NCBI GenBank assembly: GCA_902472555.1
Contig: CABROF010000013.1
Span: 1 to 38,505 of the forward strand
Length of the DNA: 38,505 nucleotides
Origin: an uncultured Oscillospiraceae bacterium
Lineage (GTDB): Bacteria; Bacillota; Clostridia; UBA1212; UBA1255
Direction: 5' to 3'
Positions 8,843 through 19,109 of the stretch are shown here, in pieces. A program made the translations under genes and the position numbers. A model generated the notes under the pieces. That model was not told the DNA's origin, searched no databases, and saw only the letters and a program-made list of their open reading frames with translations. Every line of letters starts with the position of its first letter. Position 1 is the first letter of the stretch.

Positions 8843-10018
8843 TCAAAAACCGCTGTCCACCTGTATGACGCAGCAGTATCGGCTATCCTTTTCCTTCAGG
8901 CGGACAGTGATCTGATCCACTGCCTCCTTCCGGCGTTCCGCGGACATATCACAAGGCACCACCAGATCAAAGATCAGATTGATCCGATTCTCACCGTCTG
9001 TTATGCGGAAATCATGGATTGTAAAGGCAGGATCCACTGTCCTCACTATGTCCTCTACCATGGTCTTCAGCTGATTTGTGCGCCGGCAGTTTACGGAGAT
9101 CGGATCCATATGGATCACAAGCGTCAGACCAAGTGCATGATTTACACGCTGCTCTGCTTCATCGATTACTTCGTGTATATATACGATGTCCGCATCATCC
9201 GGGACCTCTGCATGTACAGAGGCAAAAATACGGCCCGGACCATAGTCGTGCACCATCAGATCATGTATGCCTACAATGCCGTCGCTTTCCAGAATCATCC
9301 GGTTCATCTCCCGGACCAGCAGCGGGTCAGGCGGATTGCCCAGCAGCAGCCCCACTACATCCTTTGCAATGCCGATTCCATTTACCACAATCAGAACGGA
9401 TACTGCAAGCCCCATTACGCCGTCCACCGGGAAATCCACAAAGTTACCGATCACAGCAGATATAATGACCACTGCCGTGGCCACCACATCGTTGATACTG
9501 TCGGAAGAAGCGGCCCGCAGGACACTTGAATGGATCTGCCTGCCCATATAGCGGTTATAGCAGAACATCCAAAGCTTGATCAGGAGCGATAAGGCTAAAA
9601 CAATCGTCAGGAGCAAACTGAACTGTACAGGCTCCGGGTCCAAAATTTTGCCGACAGACGTTTTAAACAATTCAAAGCCCACCAAGATAATGATAAACGA
9701 AACAATCAGCGACGAGATATATTCCATTCTGCCGTGGCCGAAGGGATGCTCCTTATCCGGACGCCGATTGCTCATTTTGGCACCGATAATCGCAATCAGC
9801 GAAGATCCCATATCCGACAGGTTATTAAAGGCATCGGAAAATACCGCAATGCTGTTCATCAATGTACCGATGGTGAGCTTGATGATAAATAATACGATAT
9901 TGCAGATTACCCCGAGAACCCCGGCCAGGACGCAGTAACGTTCCCGGACAGTCCGGTCCTCTGTATTTTGATAGTCTTTTATAAAGGTTCTGATCAGTCC
10001 TTTGATCATTCCATTCAC
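8843..10018 (-). CDS. cation diffusion facilitator (CDF) family metal efflux transporter
   Basis: It has the HPFGHGR(M)E motif, six TM segments and a C-terminal cytoplasmic domain. The start may be the ATG at 10009, which has better RBS spacing. It is convergent with spo0A. Confidence 0.8.
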   Translation of the reverse strand: MNGMIKGLIRTFIKDYQNTEDRTVRERYCVLAGVLGVICNIVLFIIKLTIGTLMNSIAVFSDAFNNLSDMGSSLIAIIGAKMSNRRPDKEHPFGHGRMEYISSLIVSFIIILVGFELFKTSVGKILDPEPVQFSLLLTIVLALSLLIKLWMFCYNRYMGRQIHSSVLRAASSDSINDVVATAVVIISAVIGNFVDFPVDGVMGLAVSVLIVVNGIGIAKDVVGLLLGNPPDPLLVREMNRMILESDGIVGIHDLMVHDYGPGRIFASVHAEVPDDADIVYIHEVIDEAEQRVNHALGLTLVIHMDPISVNCRRTNQLKTMVEDIVRTVDPAFTIHDFRITDGENRINLIFDLVVPCDMSAERRKEAVDQITVRLKEKDSRYCCVIQVDSGF

Positions 10019-10041
10019 CTTTTGCGCTGCCTTTCTTCTGA

Positions 10042-10659
10042 TTATCGGCTGATGATCCGTTTGATAACCTTCAGCCGGGCAAATTCTTCGCGCTCCTTTT
10101 CCTCAAGCGCGGCGGATATCTCCGCAATCAACCCAGTATAGCGCGGGATCATAATATTTTTCAGGGCATTTGCACGCGTCTGCGTTTTCATGACATTTTG
10201 CTGAAGTCTTTTTACACCGGAGCGCACCTCCGCAAGCTTGAGCGTGAGATCACGCACGCGGATAAAATGATGGCGCGCCTCATCCAAAGAAAGATTCGTT
10301 TGATATAAGCTCATGCTGGGGCGGATCCGCACCTCTCCCGTAGCGCGGACCATAGGAATCTCCACTCCCATAACGCTGTAAAATTTAATATCGATATCAT
10401 GTACCTCCGGAATACTGGCGGCAAGGGCCCCCACCCGGTCAATGCCCATGGTAATATTCGCCTCACGCAGCGCCGCATAAGCAGACGAAAACGTATCCGA
10501 AATCTCACTTTTAAGCGCATTCTCCTTCTCTGTAAGCTGAGACAATTCTCGCAGCAGCAGTTTGCGCTTGCGGTCCAGGAGATCATACCCCATAGCCGCC
10601 ATTTTCAAACTGTTTTTCGCGCTCATCAAATTTCCTTTTGTCGGTGTTCTGCCAGCCAT
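10042..10659 (-). CDS. atpD: V/A-type ATP synthase subunit D
   Basis: The sequence MAGRTPTKGNLMSAKNSLKMAAMGYDLLDRKRKLL is the subunit D signature. It is the last gene of the operon. Confidence 0.85.
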   Translation of the reverse strand: MAGRTPTKGNLMSAKNSLKMAAMGYDLLDRKRKLLLRELSQLTEKENALKSEISDTFSSAYAALREANITMGIDRVGALAASIPEVHDIDIKFYSVMGVEIPMVRATGEVRIRPSMSLYQTNLSLDEARHHFIRVRDLTLKLAEVRSGVKRLQQNVMKTQTRANALKNIMIPRYTGLIAEISAALEEKEREEFARLKVIKRIISR

Positions 10660-10708
10660 GTAATCCCTCCCGGCCGTGTCATGATCATATCATTCATGTC
10701 GGCGCTTC

Positions 10709-12079
10709 TCAGCGCTTTAAATATTTTTGTACCAGCTCCGGAGACAGTCTGTCGAGCTGCTGCTCTCCTAAAATGTTCAGCAGCTTCCACCCCAGATTCA
10801 GGGTCTCCTCAATACTGCGGTTCTCTTCATAATCCTGTGACAGAAATTGCTCCTCAAAGCTTCTTCCGAATTCCATATAGCGGCGGTCGGTTTCGCTGAG
10901 CTCTTCCTCTCCGATCACCGATGCCAGCGCCCGAACCTCCTGTACTTTTGAATATGCGGAGAAGAGCTGATTTGCCACAGGTGCATGGTCCTCCCGGGTA
11001 TAGCCTTCTCCAATGCCGTCCTTCATTAAACGGGACAGGGAAGGTAAAATGCTCACAGGCGGGTATACGCCTTTTTGATGCAGGCTTCTGTCCAGCACGA
11101 TCTGACCTTCGGTAATATAACCGGTTAAATCCGGAATGGGGTGATTAATATCATCATTCGGCATAGTTAAAATCGGAATCTGTGTAATCGATCCTTTCCT
11201 GTCCTTCAGCATACCGGCCCGTTCAAAAATAGATGCTAAATCGCTGTACAGGTATCCGGGGTACCCCTTTCTGCTGGGAATCTCCCCTCGGGAAGAGGAT
11301 ATCTCCCGCAGCGCCTCACAATACGCCGTCATGTCCGTCAGGATCACCAATACATGATAGTCCTTCTCAAAAGCCAGATATTCCGCGGCCGCAAGGGCGC
11401 AGCGCGGTGTAAAGATTCGCTCCACCGCCGGATCATTCGTCAGATTCAGATACATCACGACATGATTCAGCACGCCGCTGTCTGCAAAGGAGTTCCGGAA
11501 AAATTCCGCCACCTCATGCTTGACGCCGATTGCGGCAAACACAACGGCAAAACGATCCTCTGTGCTGGCTAAACCGGCTTGACGTACGATCTGTGCAGCC
11601 AATTTGTCATGAGGCAGACCGTTTCCGGAAAAAACGGGAAGCTTTTGGCCCCGGATCAGCGTCATGAGGGCATCTACGCTGGAAATTCCGGTCTGGATAT
11701 AATCCCGCGGATATTTCCGCGCGATGGGATTCATCGGCATACCGTTCACATCGTATTTTACTTCTGAATATACAGGTCCCAGCCCGTCAGCCGGTCGGCC
11801 GGCGCCGTCAAACATTCTGCCGAGGATTTCTTCTGAAAGACTCAGCAGCAGCGGATGTCCCAAAAAACGCGTAGTGGAAGAGCCCAATGCCATGCCTCTT
11901 GTTCCTTCAAAAACCTGGATGGCAGCAACACCCTGACTGACATCCACAACATTTCCCAAGCGCATGCTGCCATCGTGCATATGAATCTCCACCAGTTCAT
12001 CATATGCCACATTTTCAATGCCCTCCAGGACGATCAGCGGTCCGTTGATCCGTTTGATCCCCGTATATTCGATAATCAT
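10709..12079 (-). CDS. atpB: V/A-type ATP synthase subunit B (non-catalytic)
   Basis: 456 aa, starting [20 protein letters not shown], with conserved alpha/beta-family core motifs. Confidence 0.9.
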   Translation of the reverse strand: MIIEYTGIKRINGPLIVLEGIENVAYDELVEIHMHDGSMRLGNVVDVSQGVAAIQVFEGTRGMALGSSTTRFLGHPLLLSLSEEILGRMFDGAGRPADGLGPVYSEVKYDVNGMPMNPIARKYPRDYIQTGISSVDALMTLIRGQKLPVFSGNGLPHDKLAAQIVRQAGLASTEDRFAVVFAAIGVKHEVAEFFRNSFADSGVLNHVVMYLNLTNDPAVERIFTPRCALAAAEYLAFEKDYHVLVILTDMTAYCEALREISSSRGEIPSRKGYPGYLYSDLASIFERAGMLKDRKGSITQIPILTMPNDDINHPIPDLTGYITEGQIVLDRSLHQKGVYPPVSILPSLSRLMKDGIGEGYTREDHAPVANQLFSAYSKVQEVRALASVIGEEELSETDRRYMEFGRSFEEQFLSQDYEENRSIEETLNLGWKLLNILGEQQLDRLSPELVQKYLKR

Positions 12080-12172
12080 ATGCTTCCTCCCACTTTCCCA
12101 TCGATTGAAATCTTCCGCACACCTGCCGCAGCAATTTCCGGAAAAATCGTGCCTCCTGCGGACCGGCGGTGC

Positions 12173-14005
12173 TTATGACTCCTGCCGCACACGGTCGTAC
12201 TCTCGCTTCAGCTCCCGCAGTCCGGTCTCAAATTTTGTCCGCATTTCTGAAAATGCCGACAGATTATCATTCGGTATCGTATATTTCATGGAAATACATT
12301 CTTCAAAATATCCTTTCTCCCGGATTACGGAGACCGGGATGCCGGACTTGACGAGTTCCTCACTTTTGTCGTATAAGAATAAAATCAGAGAAATCATGCC
12401 GTACTGTTTTTTCAGCGGTACAAAAGTATCCACCGGATGAAATGCGTTTTGCTGCAGGAACCCGGCACGTATCACCCTGCCGATTTCCAATACCAGCTTC
12501 TGGTCCTCTGGCATAACATCCGCCCCCACCAGCTTTACGATCTCCATCAGATCATTTTCCTCCTGCAGCAGCTTTGCCGTCCTGGCCCGATCCGTCAAAA
12601 AGCCTCTTCCGAGCTTCTCTACATACCATTTTTCCATGTCTCCCACGTATTCGCTGTAGCTGGTCAGCCAATGGATCGCAGGATAATGTCTGGAATACGC
12701 CAGCTCGCGGTCAAGTCCCCAGAAGCAGCGGACAAAGCGTTTTGTATTCTGTGTAACCGGCTCGGAGAAATCTCCGCCCTGGGGAGAGACGGCACCAATA
12801 ATCGAAACACTTCCGACACTTCCGTTATAGCTCACAGCACGGCCTGCCCGGCCGTAAAATTCAGACAGCCGCGAGGGCAGATATGCAGGAAAGCCTTCCT
12901 CTGCAGGCATCTCCTCCAAGCGTCCCGATATTTCCCGCAGCGCCTCAGCCCACCGAGAGGTGGAATCCGCCATAATCGCTACATCGTAGCCCATATCCCG
13001 ATAATACTCCGCAAGCGTAATTCCCGTATAAATAGAGGCCTCTCTGGCAGCCACCGGCATGTTGGAGGTGTTTGCGATCAAAACCGTCCGTTCCATCAGT
13101 GATCGTCCGGACCGCGGATCCTTCAGCTTTGGAAAATCCTCCAGGACCTCCGTCATTTCATTTCCACGCTCGCCGCAGCCGATATATACGATAATATCCG
13201 CATCACACCACTGGGCAAGCTGATGCTGCGTCATTGTCTTTCCGGTTCCGAAGCTGCCGGGGATTGCCGCCGTGCCGCCCCGTGCCAAAGGAAATAACGT
13301 ATCGATGACACGCTGTCCGGTAATCAGCGGTTCGTCGCTGCTCAGCCTTTTTTCAATGGGCCGCGGAATTCTTACAGGCCATTCGTGCGTCATCGTAACC
13401 GCTGCCGTGCTGCCGTCCTCCAGGCGGATTTTAGCAAGGATGTCATGAATCGTATAATCACCTTCCGGTACAATCTCCGCTATGATTCCCGATTTTCCGC
13501 CGCTCCCAGGCGTTTTCCTGTCGCCGAACAAATTGAGGGGAACCATGATACGGTGCCTGACCGATCCTGTTTCCGGCACTTCTCCTATGACAGTCAGCGG
13601 TCCGGCGGCTTCTCCCGCCTGTTTCAGCGGCTGAAAGTGCCATTTTCTCTCTCCGTCCAGCTTTTCACAGTTCTGTCCTTTTGAGATAAAGTCCCCGCTC
13701 AGCCCGTAAAGCGTTTTCAGCGGCCTCTGGATCCCGTCAAAAATATTTCCGATGATGCCGGGTGCCAGAGTGACGGTCAAGGGATGGCCGGTGGATATCA
13801 CAGGTTCGCCCGGATGCAGGCCGGAGGTACTCTCATAGACCTGTACCGTAGCCTCTTCCCCGTCGATGCTGATGACCTCTCCCACCAATTTCAAATCACC
13901 TGCCAGCACCACATCCTGTACGGCAATATCCGCCTTTCCCTTTGCTTTTACAACCGGACCGTTGATTCTCGATATCTGTTTATAATCCTTATTGCTCTGC
14001 AGCAC
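12173..14005 (-). CDS. atpA: V/A-type ATP synthase subunit A (catalytic)
   Basis: 610 aa, with a Walker A site (GPFGSGKT-like GSFGTGKT) and the A-subunit non-homologous insert. Confidence 0.9.
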   Translation of the reverse strand: MLQSNKDYKQISRINGPVVKAKGKADIAVQDVVLAGDLKLVGEVISIDGEEATVQVYESTSGLHPGEPVISTGHPLTVTLAPGIIGNIFDGIQRPLKTLYGLSGDFISKGQNCEKLDGERKWHFQPLKQAGEAAGPLTVIGEVPETGSVRHRIMVPLNLFGDRKTPGSGGKSGIIAEIVPEGDYTIHDILAKIRLEDGSTAAVTMTHEWPVRIPRPIEKRLSSDEPLITGQRVIDTLFPLARGGTAAIPGSFGTGKTMTQHQLAQWCDADIIVYIGCGERGNEMTEVLEDFPKLKDPRSGRSLMERTVLIANTSNMPVAAREASIYTGITLAEYYRDMGYDVAIMADSTSRWAEALREISGRLEEMPAEEGFPAYLPSRLSEFYGRAGRAVSYNGSVGSVSIIGAVSPQGGDFSEPVTQNTKRFVRCFWGLDRELAYSRHYPAIHWLTSYSEYVGDMEKWYVEKLGRGFLTDRARTAKLLQEENDLMEIVKLVGADVMPEDQKLVLEIGRVIRAGFLQQNAFHPVDTFVPLKKQYGMISLILFLYDKSEELVKSGIPVSVIREKGYFEECISMKYTIPNDNLSAFSEMRTKFETGLRELKREYDRVRQES

Positions 14006-14017
14006 TGTTTCTCACTC

Positions 14018-14650
14018 CTATTTCAGGGACAAATTGCTCCAAGACAGAAATTCTTCCTTTTCCCGCAGCACATCCGAACGCATAGAGTTGTCGATTACTT
14101 TTCCGTATTCCGGGATCTCCACGCGGCAGCCGCCGATCAGATCTTCTGCAGCTGTTTCAATCATAACAGAGGCCCACATAAAAACACGCTCCGCCAGTCC
14201 CTGCACCATTTGCTTCCGCTGTGCGAAATCCTGTGCGGTCAGCAGAATTTTAACCTTTCCCTGGCGGTCTCCGAGATGCACCGCCGCCATTTTGAGCGCA
14301 GCCTCCGCCCGTTTTGTAAAATATACATCATATTCCGGGGTTTCCGTAAATGCCCGGAGTTTTTCCGTGAGCTCTGCAAATACGGAATCAATAATCTCGT
14401 TGCGCACATGGACCAGATGTGTCTGTCCTTTGTTCTTTGCCGCGGAAACAATAGACCGCGCCTCTTTTTTGACGTCCTCCATGCCCTTTAAGTACAGTTC
14501 TCTGGCCTCCGCCTCATACTGCTTCGCCGCCTCCCGGAGTACCTCTGCCGTTTTTGCATCGATCTCCGCCAGCATCGCATCCCGGTCCTGCGCGGCACGA
14601 TTAATCACGGTCCGCTCAAAGTTTCTTAATTTCACCTCAATGGAACTCAT
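14018..14650 (-). CDS. atpE: V/A-type ATP synthase subunit E
   Basis: About 210 aa with a coiled-coil N-terminus. Its ATGA start overlaps the subunit F stop. Confidence 0.75.
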   Translation of the reverse strand: MSSIEVKLRNFERTVINRAAQDRDAMLAEIDAKTAEVLREAAKQYEAEARELYLKGMEDVKKEARSIVSAAKNKGQTHLVHVRNEIIDSVFAELTEKLRAFTETPEYDVYFTKRAEAALKMAAVHLGDRQGKVKILLTAQDFAQRKQMVQGLAERVFMWASVMIETAAEDLIGGCRVEIPEYGKVIDNSMRSDVLREKEEFLSWSNLSLK

Positions 14651-14940
14651 TTCTGCGCCTCCTCCTTCCCTGCCGCCGGCTGCAAAATCCCCCTGCCCGG
14701 TATCGTAACGACCAGCGGAAGCTTCTTATCCTTCAGCCTTTCATGCAGTGAACCGGCGGCCATCTCGTATATTTTTTCCGTCAGCAGCAAAATACCGATC
14801 TCTCCATCCGCCAGCACCCTTTTCAGGCAATTCTCCAGCGCGGCCTCATCCCGGACAATCTCGCCTACAACACCGGCAAGCCGAAGTCCCGTGACAGTAT
14901 CGTTGTTATCGCTGATCAGAAACATTTTCATTACGGACAC
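14647..14940 (-). CDS. atpF: V/A-type ATP synthase subunit F
   Basis: 97 aa, with MKMFLISDNNDTVTGLRLAGV matching the subunit F family pattern. Confidence 0.75.
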   Translation of the reverse strand: MSVMKMFLISDNNDTVTGLRLAGVVGEIVRDEAALENCLKRVLADGEIGILLLTEKIYEMAAGSLHERLKDKKLPLVVTIPGRGILQPAAGKEEAQK

Positions 14941-15012
14941 CCCCTTTTCACGCGAGCATCGAACACGGCCGGAACAAATTGCCGGCGCATAGAAAAAGCG
15001 CTGCTCGTCTGC

Positions 15013-15474
15013 TCAGACTTTGTTCAAAATCATAATGGAAATAATCAGGCCGTATATTGCGATACCCTCCGCAAGGCCGACAAAAATCAAGGTTTTACCC
15101 AGCAGCTTGGAATCCTCGCTGATAGCCCCCAGCGCAGCGGAGCCGGCTACAGCCACCGCAATTCCGGCACCGATGGTGGCAAGGCCGGTGGAAAGCGCCG
15201 CAGCCAGATACGCCATGCCATCCCCACTTGACGAATCAGACGCGGTCTCCGTACCCGCCCCAGGCGATCCCGCTTCTCCGGAAGCAAATGCCATGCCGGA
15301 AAACAGCACGATCGAAGCAACCAAAATTAAGCTTGCCATCAGCGCCATATTCATTTTCAACGCTGTCTTCAGGTAACGGTTAGATCCCTTTCTTTCAACG
15401 ATGCGTTTGGAAAAAATTCCGACGAGCACTGTCACGGCAATTACGAATACCATAATTCCTACTATAAATTCCAT
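15013..15474 (-). CDS. atpK: V/A-type ATP synthase subunit K (proteolipid/c-subunit) with an atypical N-terminal extension
   Basis: The C-terminal hairpin GLATIGAGIAVAVAGSAALGAI...FVGLAEGIAIYGLIISIMIL carries the essential Glu. The N-terminal 86 aa form a non-homologous TM hairpin plus a Ser/Gly/Asp-rich linker. The classical single-hairpin start would be Met87 at 15216. Confidence 0.7.
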   Translation of the reverse strand: MEFIVGIMVFVIAVTVLVGIFSKRIVERKGSNRYLKTALKMNMALMASLILVASIVLFSGMAFASGEAGSPGAGTETASDSSSGDGMAYLAAALSTGLATIGAGIAVAVAGSAALGAISEDSKLLGKTLIFVGLAEGIAIYGLIISIMILNKV

Positions 15475-15573
15475 GACCTCAAATCCTCCTTAAAATATTC
15501 TGCCGGTCCCTTCCGGCGGGAAGCAGTCTCAAAATCAATTTATTTACGCGGCTTTCGCCGCAGGTAGACCGTT

Positions 15574-17487
15574 TTATTTTTCGGCCTTCTGAATCGGAAC
15601 ATAGGCTCTGCCTTCTCCGGAATAAAACCGGCTGAACAATTCATAGTAAACGAGCCGCAGGCCCTGAATGCCCACAATCAGGCCCTCCAAGCATATGATC
15701 AGCACATTTCCGATGATCATCACCACAATTCTGCCGGCCCCGCTGGCCATTTCGGACAGAATCAGCACTGCCATAGACAGACCGACGTGATTGATTGCAA
15801 ACGCGCTCAGACGCACGAAGGAGATTGTATTGCTGGCAAAGCTGAGGAGCATATCCACCATTTCAAAAATCGTCTCAATAAAAAAGCTTCCTTTTTCCTT
15901 CGGCAGAATATGTTCTTTTCTGTGGATCAGATTCTCCAGGGGATGCTTGAAAAAAATCAGCAGGAAAGGAATCAGCAGCAGGACCGCCAGCACGCCGGCG
16001 GATACCCATAGGCTGCCGTTCAGAAGGAATCCCACGATCGTGCCGATAATCACGATGTAAAAGATCATGCCCGCAAGACCGTTTCTGTCAAACAGCACAC
16101 GGCCGGCATCCTTTGCCTTGATGCCATTTGCGATATTCAGTACCATACCGAACAGCAGCAAAACCACCCCAAAGCCGATGCCGAGGATCAGCATGGTGTT
16201 GATATTTGCACTTTCAATGGGATTCATAAACAGCGGCTTAATAATATCCTCGTAAGAAAAAATACTGCCGTAAAGGAATCCGAAAATGACAGCCGAAATA
16301 CCTCCGCCGGTAAAGACGCCGCCCAGCGGCGATTTTCTGCGCATCAAAATAATTCCGGCGATCAGAAAAATAAGCCCCTGTCCTACATCTCCGAACATAA
16401 ATCCCGTAATAAAGCAATAAATAAACGCAATAAACGGCGTTGGATCGATTTCATCATAGGACGGCAGCCCGTACATGGTGACCACGGTCTCAAACGGCCT
16501 GAAAATCGCGTTATTTTTCAGTTTTGTCGGCGGGGTGGACGCGGACGGCAGGTTGTCATTGTCTACAATGGCAATGACATTGGGATCCTTATCGATCAAG
16601 GGCTGCATCTTTTTCAGCACCTGGGACGGAATCCAGCCCACGATATAAAAAGATTCCCGATTAAACGCCACGTATTTCCGAATTTCATATACCTGGTCCC
16701 GCTCCTCTAAAAGCCGGCAGAGCTGCTTCAGAAGCGTCTGATGATCAGAAGCATACGCCGCAATCGCGCCTGCCAGCTGTACGGATCTTGCTGTTTTTTC
16801 ATTGATCTCGTCATTGATCTGCGCGCTGATTTCCTTCGGCGTACCGTTCAAATTATCCGGGATCCGGATCCGTTCGAATTGAAGGCTGTTGAATAGTCCG
16901 TCTACCTTTACTTCAAATTCCGAAGGCATAATATACAGTAGATATTCATATTCCTTGTCTTCCGAAACGTTCATCATAATAACATCCAGGCTTTCCAGGT
17001 ACAGGCTCAGCCTTTCATAATTGCGCCGCGGAAGCCTGCCGAAGCGTATTTTAAAGAACCGCAGATCAAACAATCCCGACAGGTCGGCGTCAATATTCCC
17101 GATCTGCGCAAGCTGCGCCATCAGATGCCTGCGCTCTGCAATTTCATCGTCAATTGTCCGTTTTTCGTTCTGATAAAAAGCAAAGCCCTCCTCAAGCTTT
17201 CGGAGCCGTTCGCCGATTTCATCAAAGCTCCACTCCCGCATTTTAGCCGGTATGGGTACCTGTGTATCTTTGATGTTCAGTCCCTGCATAATGTCGCCGC
17301 AGCGGCGTCTGAGCTCCGTACATGGGTTAGAACCTTTATATGCATACAACCCGCGTACATTCGTCAGCGCACTCATGGCAAACTCAGGCTGCATACCGAA
17401 GTCTTCCGTCATATACTTGTTGATGAATTCATCCAGATACTCTTTGTTGCCCACAAAGTTGACATAGGTCATTTTTTCAATTGCCAT
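15574..17487 (-). CDS. atpI: V/A-type ATP synthase subunit I (membrane stator a-subunit homolog)
   Basis: 637 aa, with a soluble N-terminal half and a multi-TM C-terminal half that includes the conserved Arg region. Confidence 0.85.
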   Translation of the reverse strand: MAIEKMTYVNFVGNKEYLDEFINKYMTEDFGMQPEFAMSALTNVRGLYAYKGSNPCTELRRRCGDIMQGLNIKDTQVPIPAKMREWSFDEIGERLRKLEEGFAFYQNEKRTIDDEIAERRHLMAQLAQIGNIDADLSGLFDLRFFKIRFGRLPRRNYERLSLYLESLDVIMMNVSEDKEYEYLLYIMPSEFEVKVDGLFNSLQFERIRIPDNLNGTPKEISAQINDEINEKTARSVQLAGAIAAYASDHQTLLKQLCRLLEERDQVYEIRKYVAFNRESFYIVGWIPSQVLKKMQPLIDKDPNVIAIVDNDNLPSASTPPTKLKNNAIFRPFETVVTMYGLPSYDEIDPTPFIAFIYCFITGFMFGDVGQGLIFLIAGIILMRRKSPLGGVFTGGGISAVIFGFLYGSIFSYEDIIKPLFMNPIESANINTMLILGIGFGVVLLLFGMVLNIANGIKAKDAGRVLFDRNGLAGMIFYIVIIGTIVGFLLNGSLWVSAGVLAVLLLIPFLLIFFKHPLENLIHRKEHILPKEKGSFFIETIFEMVDMLLSFASNTISFVRLSAFAINHVGLSMAVLILSEMASGAGRIVVMIIGNVLIICLEGLIVGIQGLRLVYYELFSRFYSGEGRAYVPIQKAEK

Positions 17488-18526
17488 AATCCACCCCCGT
17501 GATCAGGTATCGTCTGATTTCAGACGGTCCGATCCGATACCGAACCCCCTCTACAATCGTAATGATATTCCGGATATCGATTTCTTTCAGATAAAGATAT
17601 GCCGCAATCGTCGTAAAATTATAAGCGCTGCGGCGGATCTGCCGCATATACATACGGCATAAATAGTCTGTCACCCGCCGGTCCCATTCCACATCCCTGC
17701 TGTTTGCAAACAGCCTGCTGTAGCGCGTTTCCGCAACCACGCGCTCAAAATCCGCAACAGAGCTGTCCGCAAGGCGCAGCAGCTGCTCCTTTCTGATTTT
17801 ATACTTGTTCGGCACCAAATGGCGCAGCGTTTCTTCTTTTGAAAAATGATAGTATTTCTTATAGCGGTATGTCCAAAGAATGTTCTGCGCATCAATCTCG
17901 GAGCCCCAAAAATTTTCAGCTGCCTTCAGGTCGGTTCCGGATAAATATTTCTTGGCGCCCTCTTTCAACCGCCGGAAATAATATTCATCCAGCGCTTCCT
18001 CCATATCGAAGGTACTGATGTCCTCGCGCAATACCAGCGGCGTCAATACCTGATCGTATCCCGTGCCGCGCAGCGCTTCCAACAGCTGCATAAAATGCTT
18101 TGCTTCCAAACAGCGAAACAGGTCAAACTGCCTGCTGTAGGAAAGGTCCATCTGCAGCACCTGGCTCGGCACCGGAATTCCTGTATAAATACTGCGGATG
18201 ATTCGTTTCAGGATGTCGATTTCCACCCGTGCCATCAGCAGCGCCATCATTTTCTTTTCCTTGGCGCCTAACATCGCAGACAATTTTTTCGCGTCAACAA
18301 TCAGCGCCGCATGAAATGCGTTCTCCAGGCTGCTCCGGTGTACGGAAGCCTCCGAAATATCCTTCAGCGTTTCTGCATAACCGCCGTTCTCCTTCAGCCA
18401 GCGCACAATGTCGCCCACTCTGGACATGGACATCAGCAGTTCATAATTCTCTGCTGTCAGCAGCCTGCCGTACATCCCGCGCATTTTTGTAATAACCGCA
18501 CTGTAGCTTAAAATTGTGGCTGCCAA
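17477..18526 (-). CDS. atpC: V/A-type ATP synthase subunit C (d-subunit homolog)
   Basis: I place the start at TTG 18526, preceded by GGGAGG 8 nt upstream. This gives MAATILSYSAVITKMRGMYGRLL, which matches the family N-terminus. The ORF-track ATG at 18640 lies 43 nt inside the upstream gene. Confidence 0.7.
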   Translation of the reverse strand: MAATILSYSAVITKMRGMYGRLLTAENYELLMSMSRVGDIVRWLKENGGYAETLKDISEASVHRSSLENAFHAALIVDAKKLSAMLGAKEKKMMALLMARVEIDILKRIIRSIYTGIPVPSQVLQMDLSYSRQFDLFRCLEAKHFMQLLEALRGTGYDQVLTPLVLREDISTFDMEEALDEYYFRRLKEGAKKYLSGTDLKAAENFWGSEIDAQNILWTYRYKKYYHFSKEETLRHLVPNKYKIRKEQLLRLADSSVADFERVVAETRYSRLFANSRDVEWDRRVTDYLCRMYMRQIRRSAYNFTTIAAYLYLKEIDIRNIITIVEGVRYRIGPSEIRRYLITGVDYGN

Positions 18527-18597
18527 ATGCTCCACCTCCCGAATAAACACAGCTTCCCTTCCAAGGAAAATGATAAATCGTCGAATGCAGTTTTCCT

Positions 18598-18912
18598 TTA
18601 TTCCGCAGAAATAATACGCTGATATAAGGCTTCTATCCATTCTGCCCGTTTTGTTTTTTCAAACCGCTCCATTGCCTCGATTTTTGACTGTGCGTGCTGC
18701 AGATGTGCCTTTGCGTCTGCGTCCGCTTTATTCAGGACCTGATTGCGTTCGGACTCTAAATGCTTTTGTTCTCTTGTTTCAATCGTCTGTCTCAGCTGTT
18801 CCTTGCTTTTCACAATCATTTCGTCCAGACCGTCCCGCTTTTCTTCTGCTTCCCGCATGATATCGCGGGATCTGTATTCAATTTCAAAGATCTTTGTGAT
18901 GATTGCATCCAT
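18598..18912 (-). CDS. V/A-type ATP synthase small peripheral-stalk subunit (G/H-like), first gene of the operon
   Basis: 104 aa, highly charged coiled coil (EAEEKRDGLDEMIVKSKEQLRQTIETREQKHLESERNQVL...). Its position at the head of the operon supports the call. Confidence 0.55.
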   Translation of the reverse strand: MDAIITKIFEIEYRSRDIMREAEEKRDGLDEMIVKSKEQLRQTIETREQKHLESERNQVLNKADADAKAHLQHAQSKIEAMERFEKTKRAEWIEALYQRIISAE

Positions 18913-18989
18913 CCAATCTCACCCTCCATATCCGCGGCACGGCATATTCCGCGCAAATCATGTTTGTTTTTCCTTAATAGGATATGCAT

Positions 18990-19022
18990 AAAAAAGGTTA
19001 ACGGACCGCCGATCCGTTAACC
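18990..19022 (-). terminator. rho-independent terminator of the flotillin gene (minus strand)
   Basis: A perfect 10-bp inverted repeat (ggttaacgga / tccgttaacc) with a 7-nt loop is followed, on the minus strand, by a T6 run (the A run at 18990-18995 on the plus strand). Confidence 0.7.
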
Positions 19023-19109
19023 TTCATTGTACTCCAATTATTTTGAAACATCAATTGCAAAAATTATTTCCGGTATTTTAATAAAAAACTATATTCCGGA
19101 AGGGGGCTC

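Noticed and set aside
8828-9529. 233-aa plus-strand ORF, and many other 60-300-aa ORFs antisense to or overlapping the V-ATPase, CDF, flotillin and glp genes (for example 19248..20195, 13784..14491, 24200..24793)
   Set aside because: These are shadow ORFs created by GC-rich coding sequence on the opposite strand. They have no RBS and no family resemblance, and every one sits entirely inside a well-supported gene.
18527-18640. ORF-track ATG start at 18640 for V-ATPase subunit C
   Set aside because: It would overlap the upstream gene by 43 nt and add 38 non-conserved residues. TTG at 18526 has a GGGAGG RBS and gives the family-typical N-terminus.
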